Assembly (NCBI GenBank): GCA_044352465.1
Contig: JBILDU010000043.1
Coordinates: 1 to 22,694, forward strand
Direction: 5' to 3'
Length of the DNA: 22,694 bases
DNA from: Bdellovibrionota bacterium
GTDB taxonomy: Bacteria > Bdellovibrionota_C > UBA2361
Translations under genes and position numbers: made by a program
Part shown: piece after piece, positions 7,593 through 15,274 of the stretch
Numbering within the stretch: the first letter of the stretch is position 1
How the letters are laid out: the number at the start of each line of letters is the position of its first letter
Notes under the pieces: generated by a model
Database searches by the model: none
Told to the model about the DNA's origin: nothing
Seen by the model: only the letters and a program-made list of their open reading frames with translations

Positions 7593-8609
7593 CTACGTCT
7601 CGGGCGTATGGTGACGTCGAGTCGAGCGCCATGCCTCGCGGAGTTCGCGCCCCGCTACGGCAAGGCCTATCGTGACGAGGACGATAATCGACAGAATCCG
7701 CAGCTCCGCCGAGATCAGCAGGCCCTTCGACATGCCGATGTGGGCCTGAGCGCACAGGAGCCCGTACGCGATCTCCCGTATCCCGATGTTGCCTGGGGTG
7801 ACGTTGATATGGAAGGTCAGTCGATAAAGCGCGTAAAAGACGGCCAAAGTTGCAAAGTCCACCTCGGCACCGATCGCCCCCAGGAGTATGCGAAAGACGT
7901 GGGTCATGAGTAAGAACGAAGCAATGGCGATGGCGGTTGTCGCCGCCATGTAGCGTGGCTGACGAAGGCCTCGAGTGAGCTCCTCAGCTACTTCGGCAAG
8001 CTTACGAACGATCTTCGCGGGGGTGGGAAGTGCTCTCAGGAGACGCTGCGCCAAAAAAGGTGCGGCTATAAGCACGGCTGACGCTAGTCCGAGAAAGGTA
8101 TCTGCGGATAACCCGAAGAGCTCGAGCGTGGTATCGCCGAGGGTAAAAAGAAGAAACGCAAGGAGAAAATTAAGGAGCGTGTCGCTCCATACAAAGAAGA
8201 TGTTTGCCGCGATGTAGTCGGTGTAGGTCACCCCAAAGTCGCGCTTGAGAGCGATTCCTCGGTGGACACTGCCCATCTGCGGCACGAGGTTGTTCATAAA
8301 GCGGACAACGACGAGCATGCGTATCCAGTCGAGCAGCGGAATGCGACAGCCACAGTGTTGCTCGATGAGGAGTACAAACCGCTGGGCATGGAGAACGAAA
8401 TAGAGGATCAGAATCGCCACGATCGAGAGAATGTCGAACGGAGCGATCTCCTTGGCTTCGAGGAGGATATCTTTGTCCCGGGCAAGCGACCAAACAACAA
8501 AGATGACACTGATAGCGGCGATCGTTCCTTGGACAAGCTTATACCAATGAGGGATCGTCTTTGAGGACGGGGACGTCTCGGGCGGCGGGAGAGGGGTCTG
8601 GTGATTCAC
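7593..8609 (-). CDS. Lysylphosphatidylglycerol-synthase TM-region (flippase-like, UPF0104) membrane protein
   Basis: Multiple TM helices with the family-typical patterns HAQRFVLL, FMNNLVPQMG and TPGNIGIRE. Confidence 0.8.
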   Translation of the reverse strand: MNHQTPLPPPETSPSSKTIPHWYKLVQGTIAAISVIFVVWSLARDKDILLEAKEIAPFDILSIVAILILYFVLHAQRFVLLIEQHCGCRIPLLDWIRMLVVVRFMNNLVPQMGSVHRGIALKRDFGVTYTDYIAANIFFVWSDTLLNFLLAFLLFTLGDTTLELFGLSADTFLGLASAVLIAAPFLAQRLLRALPTPAKIVRKLAEVAEELTRGLRQPRYMAATTAIAIASFLLMTHVFRILLGAIGAEVDFATLAVFYALYRLTFHINVTPGNIGIREIAYGLLCAQAHIGMSKGLLISAELRILSIIVLVTIGLAVAGRELREAWRSTRRHHTPET

Positions 8610-8630
8610 CTGGGCAGCTCGTTCTTACCT

Positions 8631-9353
8631 TCAACGCCAGTCGCTTGCGAACTGCTCCAGAGTCCGGGCGAGTCGGGTTTGATCGATCGCGCTGCGCGGA
8701 CGAAACACCGCCATTCGCCCGACCATCTCCGTGAGTTCGAGGAAGTCTTCAACAATCCGGTAGTGCGGCCGCCCGATGTAATCATCAAAGAGAATTGTCC
8801 AGTCGGTGCGATGGATAAGACGAGCCGCCGCTTCGAGAGTGCAGGCTACCCTAAAACGTCCATCGACGAGAATCAGGTCGGGGGCGAAATCGGGTGCCCC
8901 TTTCGCCCAAGGAGCCGTGAAGTAACGCCTCCAGCGCTCTCGCCGAGCCGCGGTGGGCTTACGGAATACCGGTTTTCCCCAGGCCTCCGTCAGTCCGATG
9001 TCGATGTGCATGAGGCGTTGCCGTGAGGGGTCGATGGAGTGCCCACGTGAGCCGATCTTCGCGGCAACTGCGTTGAGAAAGTATCGATCAGACTCTATGG
9101 TTACAAAGCTCTTTCCCAGCGCGGCGGCGAGGAACGTCGAGCCCCCGGAGCCGAATTCAAGGTAGCTCCGCGCCTGCTCGAGGCGTTCGATAAAGAAGGG
9201 AGTACTCACCGCATCAAAGTGGGGGGCGCTCGGAACAGGAAAGCCAACGACGCGTTGCATGTAGAGGGAATGGACGATGCGGCCCCACCGTCGTAACTCT
9301 TTGGGGAGAGAAGCTCGGGGGGTGGGGTTGGGGTCTACTTTTTCAGCGTCCAT
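8631..9353 (-). CDS. Class I SAM-dependent methyltransferase-like protein (glycan-cluster associated)
   Basis: YLEFGSGGST motif I, TIESD, DLILVDGRFRVAC, ILFDDY..RPHY. Lies 21 nt upstream of the flippase-like gene on the same strand. Confidence 0.65.
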   Translation of the reverse strand: MDAEKVDPNPTPRASLPKELRRWGRIVHSLYMQRVVGFPVPSAPHFDAVSTPFFIERLEQARSYLEFGSGGSTFLAAALGKSFVTIESDRYFLNAVAAKIGSRGHSIDPSRQRLMHIDIGLTEAWGKPVFRKPTAARRERWRRYFTAPWAKGAPDFAPDLILVDGRFRVACTLEAAARLIHRTDWTILFDDYIGRPHYRIVEDFLELTEMVGRMAVFRPRSAIDQTRLARTLEQFASDWR

Positions 9354-9616
9354 AACTTCATGTCAGCCTTCGGTTTTTTGAGCGCAGCTCGGGCATCCTA
9401 CCTGAGGGGGCACGGTGGAGTAAATCACCTGTCGTTGTGATTTCCGGGAGGTACCCTGTCTGCCGTATCCCCCGTTGCTACCTGCGTCGTTGCGGATACC
9501 TTGCCCCGCCGAGGATATGTTTTGGCGCACTTTCTACCCGCAAACTCAGGCGGTTATGCAAAATGGAGAGAGGCGTGCTAAGGTTCGTTGGTCAGCTCAT
9601 TTGCACGCCACGCCCT

Positions 9617-10489
9617 ATGGAGCCCCTCGTTTCAATTATTGTGCCGCTTAAAAACGAGGAGAAACGCCTTCCAATTCTCCTCGAGGCACTTCAGATGCTC
9701 GACTATCCGAGAGAGCGCTACGAGATCCTTGTGGCTGATAATGGTTCGACCGATGGCTCGGTAGCGGTGGCGCAGAGCTTCCCGGGGGTAGCCGTGTGCG
9801 TGGAGCCGCGCGGCGGTTCATATGCGGCGCGAAACGCCGGGATACGTTTGGGGCGGGGGGAAATATTCGCCTTCACTGATGGTGATTGTACACCCGAGGT
9901 TGGGTGGCTTCGAGCGGGAGTGGCACGGCTGGAGAGCGGTGCCGATCTTGTGGCGGGGGCGATCAATTTTGAGCTCTCGAAGCCCTCGCTAGCTCACCGC
10001 TTCGATCGGAAGTTCTTCCTTCAACAAGAGCGGTGGGTGGCGGAGAAAAATGCCGGCGCCACGGCGAATCTCTTTGTTCGGCGTTCAGTAATCGAACGGG
10101 TTGGCGGATTTTCGGAGGAGCTCACCTCAGGGGGAGATTTCGCTTTTTGCAAAAAGGCGACCGCGGGGGGTTTCGAGTTGGTGTATGAGCCGATGGCGAT
10201 TGTGCGTCATCCGACCCGGGGATTAGGGGCGCTTCTGCGGAAGGCCCGACGTATCGGTGGGGGGAAGGTGGAACGTTTACGCCATACAACGACGAAGTCT
10301 CGCGATGTCGTTCCCCAGCGCCGTCAGATCGTGAAGCTTTTGGAGGGCGAGTCGTTCAGGGTGAAAGTGGGGTTTCTCGGGATATACGGGGCAATTTGCG
10401 GTGCCGGTATTGTGGGAGCGATCGGGTATCTGTGGCGGAGCCGCCGACGCGTCGCGGTGATGCCAAATCCCACCTCTGATCGTCGTTGA
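9617..10489 (+). CDS. Glycosyltransferase family 2 (GT-A fold)
   Basis: VSIIVPLKNEE, EILVADNGSTDGS, AARNAG, FAFTDGDC (DxD), GGFSEEL..GGDFAF. Start placed at ATG 9617 (MEPLVS), where the GT2 fold begins, not at 9437. Confidence 0.9.
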   Translation: MEPLVSIIVPLKNEEKRLPILLEALQMLDYPRERYEILVADNGSTDGSVAVAQSFPGVAVCVEPRGGSYAARNAGIRLGRGEIFAFTDGDCTPEVGWLRAGVARLESGADLVAGAINFELSKPSLAHRFDRKFFLQQERWVAEKNAGATANLFVRRSVIERVGGFSEELTSGGDFAFCKKATAGGFELVYEPMAIVRHPTRGLGALLRKARRIGGGKVERLRHTTTKSRDVVPQRRQIVKLLEGESFRVKVGFLGIYGAICGAGIVGAIGYLWRSRRRVAVMPNPTSDRR

Positions 10490-10526
10490 GTCTTCGACCG
10501 CACGGCGAGAATCGGTGAGGGGAGGA

Positions 10527-11084
10527 CTAGGGTAACTCGACGTACCGGATACCCACGATCTCGATCTCTTGAGGGCCCTTCGGAGAGCGAAAAGTAACGA
10601 TATCTCCCTCGCGGGCTTTAAAGAGCGCCGAGGCGAGAGGCGATATCCAACTGATGCGGCCCTGAGATAAATCGGTCTCGTCGATACCCACGATTGAATA
10701 GGTCTTTTCCCGGTCCTCTTCGTCTCTGATCGTCACCGTTGCGCCGAACAAGACCTGATCAGAATTCACCTTTAGGGGGTCAACGATCTCGACAATATCC
10801 AGGCGCTTCGAAAGGAAACGGATCCGTCGGTCGATCTCACGGAGCCGTTTTTTGCCGTAAAGATAGTCTCCGTTTTCCGAACGGTCGCCGTTGCCAGCTG
10901 CCCACGCAACCGTTTGGGTTACCTCGGGGCGAATCTTATACCTGAGCTCTCTGAGTTCGTCTTGAAGTTTCTTGGCCCCCGCAGGCGTCATGTAATTCTT
11001 GCCGGTCGGCGTGACCGGAGCGGGCAAGTCATCCTCATCGAGATCGTCTTCGGTGTCGTGTTCTTTGGTGAATGCTTTACTCAT
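10527..11084 (-). CDS. greB: Transcription elongation factor GreB
   Basis: NYMTPAG...RPEVTQTVAWAAGNGDRSENGDYLYGKKRLREIDRRIRFLSKRL and ISWISPLA. Confidence 0.95.
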   Translation of the reverse strand: MSKAFTKEHDTEDDLDEDDLPAPVTPTGKNYMTPAGAKKLQDELRELRYKIRPEVTQTVAWAAGNGDRSENGDYLYGKKRLREIDRRIRFLSKRLDIVEIVDPLKVNSDQVLFGATVTIRDEEDREKTYSIVGIDETDLSQGRISWISPLASALFKAREGDIVTFRSPKGPQEIEIVGIRYVELP

Positions 11085-11087
11085 CTC

Positions 11088-11405
11088 TCACCCTTCCTCG
11101 AGCAGGCAAAGTGCGTCCGCAAGCTCGGACAGCGCGTGGTTCTCGCCGCTCTCGCGTGCGCGCTCAATACCCTCAGCGTAAATTCGCCGGGCACCGGCTT
11201 GATCCCCGTTTTCTTGGAGGAGTCCGCCGTAGTGTAGATACGTGGCAACGTACGCGGGGAAGCGGGTGTAGACCTCTTTAAAGTATCGCTCCGCTTCGCC
11301 GAGACTTCCTTCGTTTTTGTACTCGATGGCGAGAGCATACACGACGAAGGGATCGTCGGGTCGAAGTGCAAGGAAGTTTTGTAACTGTTGAATTCGGCTA
11401 CTCAT
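11088..11405 (-). CDS. Small tetratricopeptide-repeat protein
   Basis: PDDPFVVYALAIEY...AERYF...FPAYVATYLHYGGLL...ARRIYAEGI TPR-like helix pairs. Ends 3 nt before the greB start. Confidence 0.8.
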   Translation of the reverse strand: MSSRIQQLQNFLALRPDDPFVVYALAIEYKNEGSLGEAERYFKEVYTRFPAYVATYLHYGGLLQENGDQAGARRIYAEGIERARESGENHALSELADALCLLEEG

Positions 11406-11505
11406 AGAACACCGAGAATCGCGACTATATCACAAGTTCAGAGCTGACTTCCAGGTTGGGTTCATTTCGTCGGGGAACCAATCGAGTCGAAAATCAGGAG
11501 AGAGG

Positions 11506-11961
11506 CTATTTCCCAGCGAGGACCGGGATTGCCTTATCATGAGGCGCTGCCGGCTCAACTATCGCCTTGGCGAGGACGGTCACGAGGTCCTCCCCTTTAA
11601 AAGGCTTCGGCATGAACCATGCCTTGCGCTGCGCGCAGAGCTGGGTAATTTCGGGTGGAGGATTAAGGCCGGAGAGAAAAACCACCTTTGTCGTTGGCGC
11701 AAGTGCATGAATCCGTGAAAAAACCGAAAGGCCGTTCTCTTTGCCGATATGCATATCGAGAAGAATGACATCCACTGGGCACGGGGGATGAGATATCGCG
11801 CGGACGACCTCATCGCCGTTAGTTGCGACAGAAACGCTGAACCCATACGGTTCGAGAAGGAGTTGAATCATCCCCCGAATGAGGTCGTCATCATCGACGA
11901 TGAGGACATGGGGCAGTGGCGCGGCGCCGGTCGGGTCCGCAAATGTTTTGGTCGTGTTCAT
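11506..11961 (-). CDS. Stand-alone response regulator receiver (CheY-like) protein
   Basis: VLIVDDD, DVILLD (phospho-acceptor), VFLSG and KPF motifs. No output domain. Confidence 0.9.
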   Translation of the reverse strand: MNTTKTFADPTGAAPLPHVLIVDDDDLIRGMIQLLLEPYGFSVSVATNGDEVVRAISHPPCPVDVILLDMHIGKENGLSVFSRIHALAPTTKVVFLSGLNPPPEITQLCAQRKAWFMPKPFKGEDLVTVLAKAIVEPAAPHDKAIPVLAGK

Positions 11962-12106
11962 AGCTGCTCTATCCGGGACTTCGCCGTCAAGTTGCTCACG
12001 AGGAAGAGAGAGTCAATTCGCACGGGTAGATATCTCAAGCCTCACTCCAATCGATATATCGGCCGTTGGTGAGACGCAGTTGAGAGGTGTTTTTGGGGCT
12101 TGGCTG

Positions 12107-12958
12107 TTACCCCCGTCCCTCCCCCCGCACCCCGGTTGCGGCGATCGGGATATCCCGGACTGAACCATCGGCAAATGTGACCCGTGCAACCGAGCCGGGG
12201 GGGAACCCCTCCCCGGTTCGGGTAAAGCGGAAGTGTGCTCTTCCACCGTTCCCGATGCCGGCGGCTCTCCCTTGTTCGTAGACCGTTTCACCATCGGAAG
12301 AGCAGATCTGAACTCCCACCGCTGAGTCGGTCCAGCTCTCAGGCAAGAGTATCGCCAGAAGACCATCGGAGTCGGAGAACGGCTTCCACAGGAATCCGAG
12401 CGGCGCATCGAGGGATACCGTGGGGCCTTTCGGCGAAGCTCCGGGCGATAGGCTGGACGGGGCGTGTGATGTCTCAGCAGTCCTACCGGCACGGTTTCCG
12501 ACATCATCCTGTCGCGAATCCGGCTTTGCGTCTCGAGGTTGGGTGCCCTTTAGTGCCCGCGCGGAGATCGTGGTAGCGAATCGCTTCGAGATGAGACCTT
12601 CGTGCACCATATCTCGCAGAGCATCCGTGGTGGATCTGATGAGACGCTCTCCTCGCAGGTCCCCCGGGTGGAGCTGCCTCTTCTCGCCAAGCCGGTGCCG
12701 AAGCTCCTCCCCAAGCTCGGGGGATCGGCGGGACAGCTCGAAATGAACGAGGGTCGCGAATCGCTCGCCTCGTCGAATCCGTGAGTCGCTGACGTCGTCC
12801 CTATTTCCGCGTCGAGAGAGCTCTCGGATCACGCTCGCTGAGTTTGTAAGCGAAGCTCGGTGGCGGGCTCGGCCGATGCCCGATGGTGGGGTAATACCGC
12901 CAGGTGGTTCCTGCCTACCGATTGATGAAGGTTGTTGATGAGTGATTCGGGATGTCAT
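12107..12958 (-). CDS. Hypothetical protein (low-complexity N-terminus, helical middle, beta-rich C-terminal domain)
   Basis: Long ORF filling the gap. ATG at 12958 has GGAG 7 nt upstream. The C-terminal GFLWKPFSDSDGLLAILLP...GNGGRAHFRF segment looks folded. Confidence 0.6.
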   Translation of the reverse strand: MTSRITHQQPSSIGRQEPPGGITPPSGIGRARHRASLTNSASVIRELSRRGNRDDVSDSRIRRGERFATLVHFELSRRSPELGEELRHRLGEKRQLHPGDLRGERLIRSTTDALRDMVHEGLISKRFATTISARALKGTQPRDAKPDSRQDDVGNRAGRTAETSHAPSSLSPGASPKGPTVSLDAPLGFLWKPFSDSDGLLAILLPESWTDSAVGVQICSSDGETVYEQGRAAGIGNGGRAHFRFTRTGEGFPPGSVARVTFADGSVRDIPIAATGVRGEGRG

Positions 12959-13052
12959 AGGTAGCTCCACTTAAAATAGCGATAATGGGTATAAAACCGT
13001 CCCTTGATAGGTATCGGTGGACACGTTACAAAGTTGCCAAGAGGTTTTTCAT

Positions 13053-14279
13053 ATGCCCCCTTTTTCCTTTCCCAAAGAAAAAATTAAGATCCTGCTCCTT
13101 GAGGGTGTGCACCCTGCCGCAGTGGAGCGGCTTCAGGAGGCGGGATATACCGCCGAGACTGTCTCCCGTGCACTTCCCGAGCGAGAGCTTATCGAGGCGC
13201 TTCGTTCGGTTCATATCCTTGGGATTCGCTCTGCCACTCAGGTGACGCCGGCAGTGCTTGAAAATGCCAAACATCTCATCTCGATCGGGTGTTTCTGTAT
13301 AGGAACAAACCAGGTCGCATTAGAGGAGGCTGCTCGGCGGGGCATCGTCGTCTTTAACGCACCTTTTAGTAACACCCGTAGCGTTGCCGAGTTGACGATG
13401 GCGGAGATCGTCATGCTCGCTCGACGAGCCGCGCAGAAGAGTATGGAGGTTCACGCAGGGCGGTGGGATAAGTCGGCGAAGGGGTGCTTTGAGGTACGCC
13501 ACAAGACGATCGGCATCGTCGGGTATGGGCATATTGGGCCGCAAGTCGGGCTTCTCGCCGAGGCTTTCGGCATGAAGGTTTATTACTACGATATCGTCCC
13601 GAAGTTGCCCCTTGGTAACGCTGAGCCGGTGAACTCGCTACGCGAGCTTCTTGGAAAGGTTGATGTCGTGACGCTTCACGTTCCGGAGACGCCGCAAACG
13701 CGAAACATGATCGGCGCGACGGAGTTGGCGGGGATGCGGCGGGGGAGTTTTCTTCTGAACCTCAGTCGTGGTTCCGTTGTAGACGTCGATGCGTTACGCG
13801 CGGCGCTCGTTGCCGGGCATCTGGGGGGCGCGGCGATCGATGTTTTTCCTGTGGAGCCGAAGTCGAACGATGAAGTGTTTGAGAGTCCCCTGCGAGGGCT
13901 TGAGAACGTCATTCTGACCCCTCACATTGGGGGAAGCACCTTTGAGGCCCAGCGAAATATCGGTCTCGAGGTGGCGAACGCTCTTATTAAATACTCAGAC
14001 ACCGGAAGTAGCACAGGCGCGGTAAATTTCCCTCAGGTTGAGCTACCAGTCCTTACCGATAGCCATCGGATTTTAAATATTCATCGCAACGTGCCGGGCG
14101 TACTGCGTGATATCAATCGCCTCATCGCCGAGATGGGGGGGAATATTAAATCGCAGTATTTGAGTACCACGACTGAGATCGGATATCTTATCACCGACGT
14201 CGATCGGGGGGTCTCAGTGGCGGTGAAAGAGAAGATCGAATCGCTTGAGACAAATATTCGCACTCGGCTGCTTTTTTAG
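13053..14279 (+). CDS. serA: D-3-phosphoglycerate dehydrogenase (E. coli type, C-terminal ACT domain)
   Basis: KIKILLLEGVH, GIRSAT, GCFCIGTNQV, NAPFSNTRSVAE, GIVGYGHIG, DVFPVEP, TPHIGGST, ACT HRNVPGVL. ATG 13053 with GAGG at 13041-13044. Confidence 0.96.
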   Translation: MPPFSFPKEKIKILLLEGVHPAAVERLQEAGYTAETVSRALPERELIEALRSVHILGIRSATQVTPAVLENAKHLISIGCFCIGTNQVALEEAARRGIVVFNAPFSNTRSVAELTMAEIVMLARRAAQKSMEVHAGRWDKSAKGCFEVRHKTIGIVGYGHIGPQVGLLAEAFGMKVYYYDIVPKLPLGNAEPVNSLRELLGKVDVVTLHVPETPQTRNMIGATELAGMRRGSFLLNLSRGSVVDVDALRAALVAGHLGGAAIDVFPVEPKSNDEVFESPLRGLENVILTPHIGGSTFEAQRNIGLEVANALIKYSDTGSSTGAVNFPQVELPVLTDSHRILNIHRNVPGVLRDINRLIAEMGGNIKSQYLSTTTEIGYLITDVDRGVSVAVKEKIESLETNIRTRLLF

Positions 14280-14426
14280 GGAGAGCGGGTCTCCGCGCGC
14301 CATTGGGAGTGAACACAAACGCCGGAAGTGTTGAGATGGACGTTCCCCACTCCAATAGACCTTCGTAAGTCATAGAGAGAGGACGGCGCGGTTTCGCCCA
14401 CTCATGGGCGGTCACGCTCGGTCGCA

Positions 14427-14464
14427 CGAGTGAGCCTTCCGGCTCAAGCCCCCCGGCTCACTCG
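14427..14464. terminator. 10-bp inverted repeat between convergent serA and sodA
   Basis: CGAGTGAGCC (14427-14436) and GGCTCACTCG (14455-14464) are perfect complements. An alternative inner hairpin TGAGCC-TTCC-GGCTCA is possible. No adjacent U-tract. Confidence 0.4.
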
Positions 14465-14494
14465 ATTCTCTCGGGGAATATTAAAAAAGACGAA

Positions 14495-15106
14495 CTACCG
14501 ACGTCCCTTATAGAGGTCCGCTACCACATCCCAGTTCACCACGTTCCACCACGCGTCGAGGTAGTCGGCGCGACGGTTCTGGTAGTGTAGGTAGTAGGCA
14601 TGCTCCCAGACGTCACACCCAAGGATCGCGCATTTCCCCTCCATGAGGGGGTTGTCTTGGTTTGGAGTCGATACCACTTCAAGCGCGCCGTCCGATTTGG
14701 CGATAAGCCACGCCCAGCCTGAACCGAAGCGCCCGAGCCCCGCCGCCTTAAATTTCGCCTTGAATTCGTTGAAATTGCCGAACGCTGTATCGATAGCTTT
14801 GCCAAGCTCTCCGGTCGGAGTAGTGCTGCCGCCCGGCGTCATAAGCTTCCAGAAAAGATCGTGGTTCCAGTGCCCCCCGCCGTTATTACGCACCGCTGTC
14901 CGGATGCCATCGGGGAGCGCATTAAGGTCCTGAAGAAGCGCCTCGAGCGGGCGATCGGCAAGGGCCCCATGGTCTTTGAGCGCATTGTTGAGATTTGTCA
15001 CGTATGTGGCATGGTGCTTCCCGTGATGGATCTCCATCGTTCGTGCGTCGATGTGAGGTTCGAGTGCGGTCGGTGCATACGGAAGGGGAGCAAGTTCGAA
15101 AGCCAT
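14495..15106 (-). CDS. sodA: Superoxide dismutase, Mn-type
   Basis: [10 protein letters not shown]...[46 protein letters not shown] and NQD are Mn-type signatures. Strong RBS GAGGAGG upstream of ATG 15106; the ORF-track start at 15274 is too long. Confidence 0.95.
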   Translation of the reverse strand: MAFELAPLPYAPTALEPHIDARTMEIHHGKHHATYVTNLNNALKDHGALADRPLEALLQDLNALPDGIRTAVRNNGGGHWNHDLFWKLMTPGGSTTPTGELGKAIDTAFGNFNEFKAKFKAAGLGRFGSGWAWLIAKSDGALEVVSTPNQDNPLMEGKCAILGCDVWEHAYYLHYQNRRADYLDAWWNVVNWDVVADLYKGRR

Positions 15107-15274
15107 AGGGATCCTCCTCGGGAAAATAAATTCAGCCCATCCGTTTCCGTGATGTGGATTCGATGGTGTTGTCTGATTGATCAATATCTCGCTTAATCGC
15201 AGAGTGCAATATAAACGGCTCAGGTCAGGCAACTCTGTTCGTCGTTGAACTGAAACCGATGGTTCCAGAAGCAA

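Noticed and set aside
9437..9616. 60-aa N-terminal extension of the GT2 in the ORF track
   Set aside because: The sequence is not protein-like and occupies the divergent promoter region. The GT2 fold starts at ATG 9617.
11000..11084. Acidic N-terminal extension of GreB (MSKAFTKEHDTEDDLDEDD)
   Set aside because: Similar MSKAFTKE-acidic leaders are common in GreB proteins from many bacteria, so it is not novel.
14385..14420. Minus-strand GCCCA-TGAG-TGGGC-GAAAC resembling hammerhead stem II plus GAAA
   Set aside because: The required CUGANGA core is absent.
15107..15274. Extended sodA N-terminus or a Mn-sensing yybP-ykoY riboswitch in its leader
   Set aside because: A strong RBS supports ATG 15106, and no yybP-ykoY consensus is visible.
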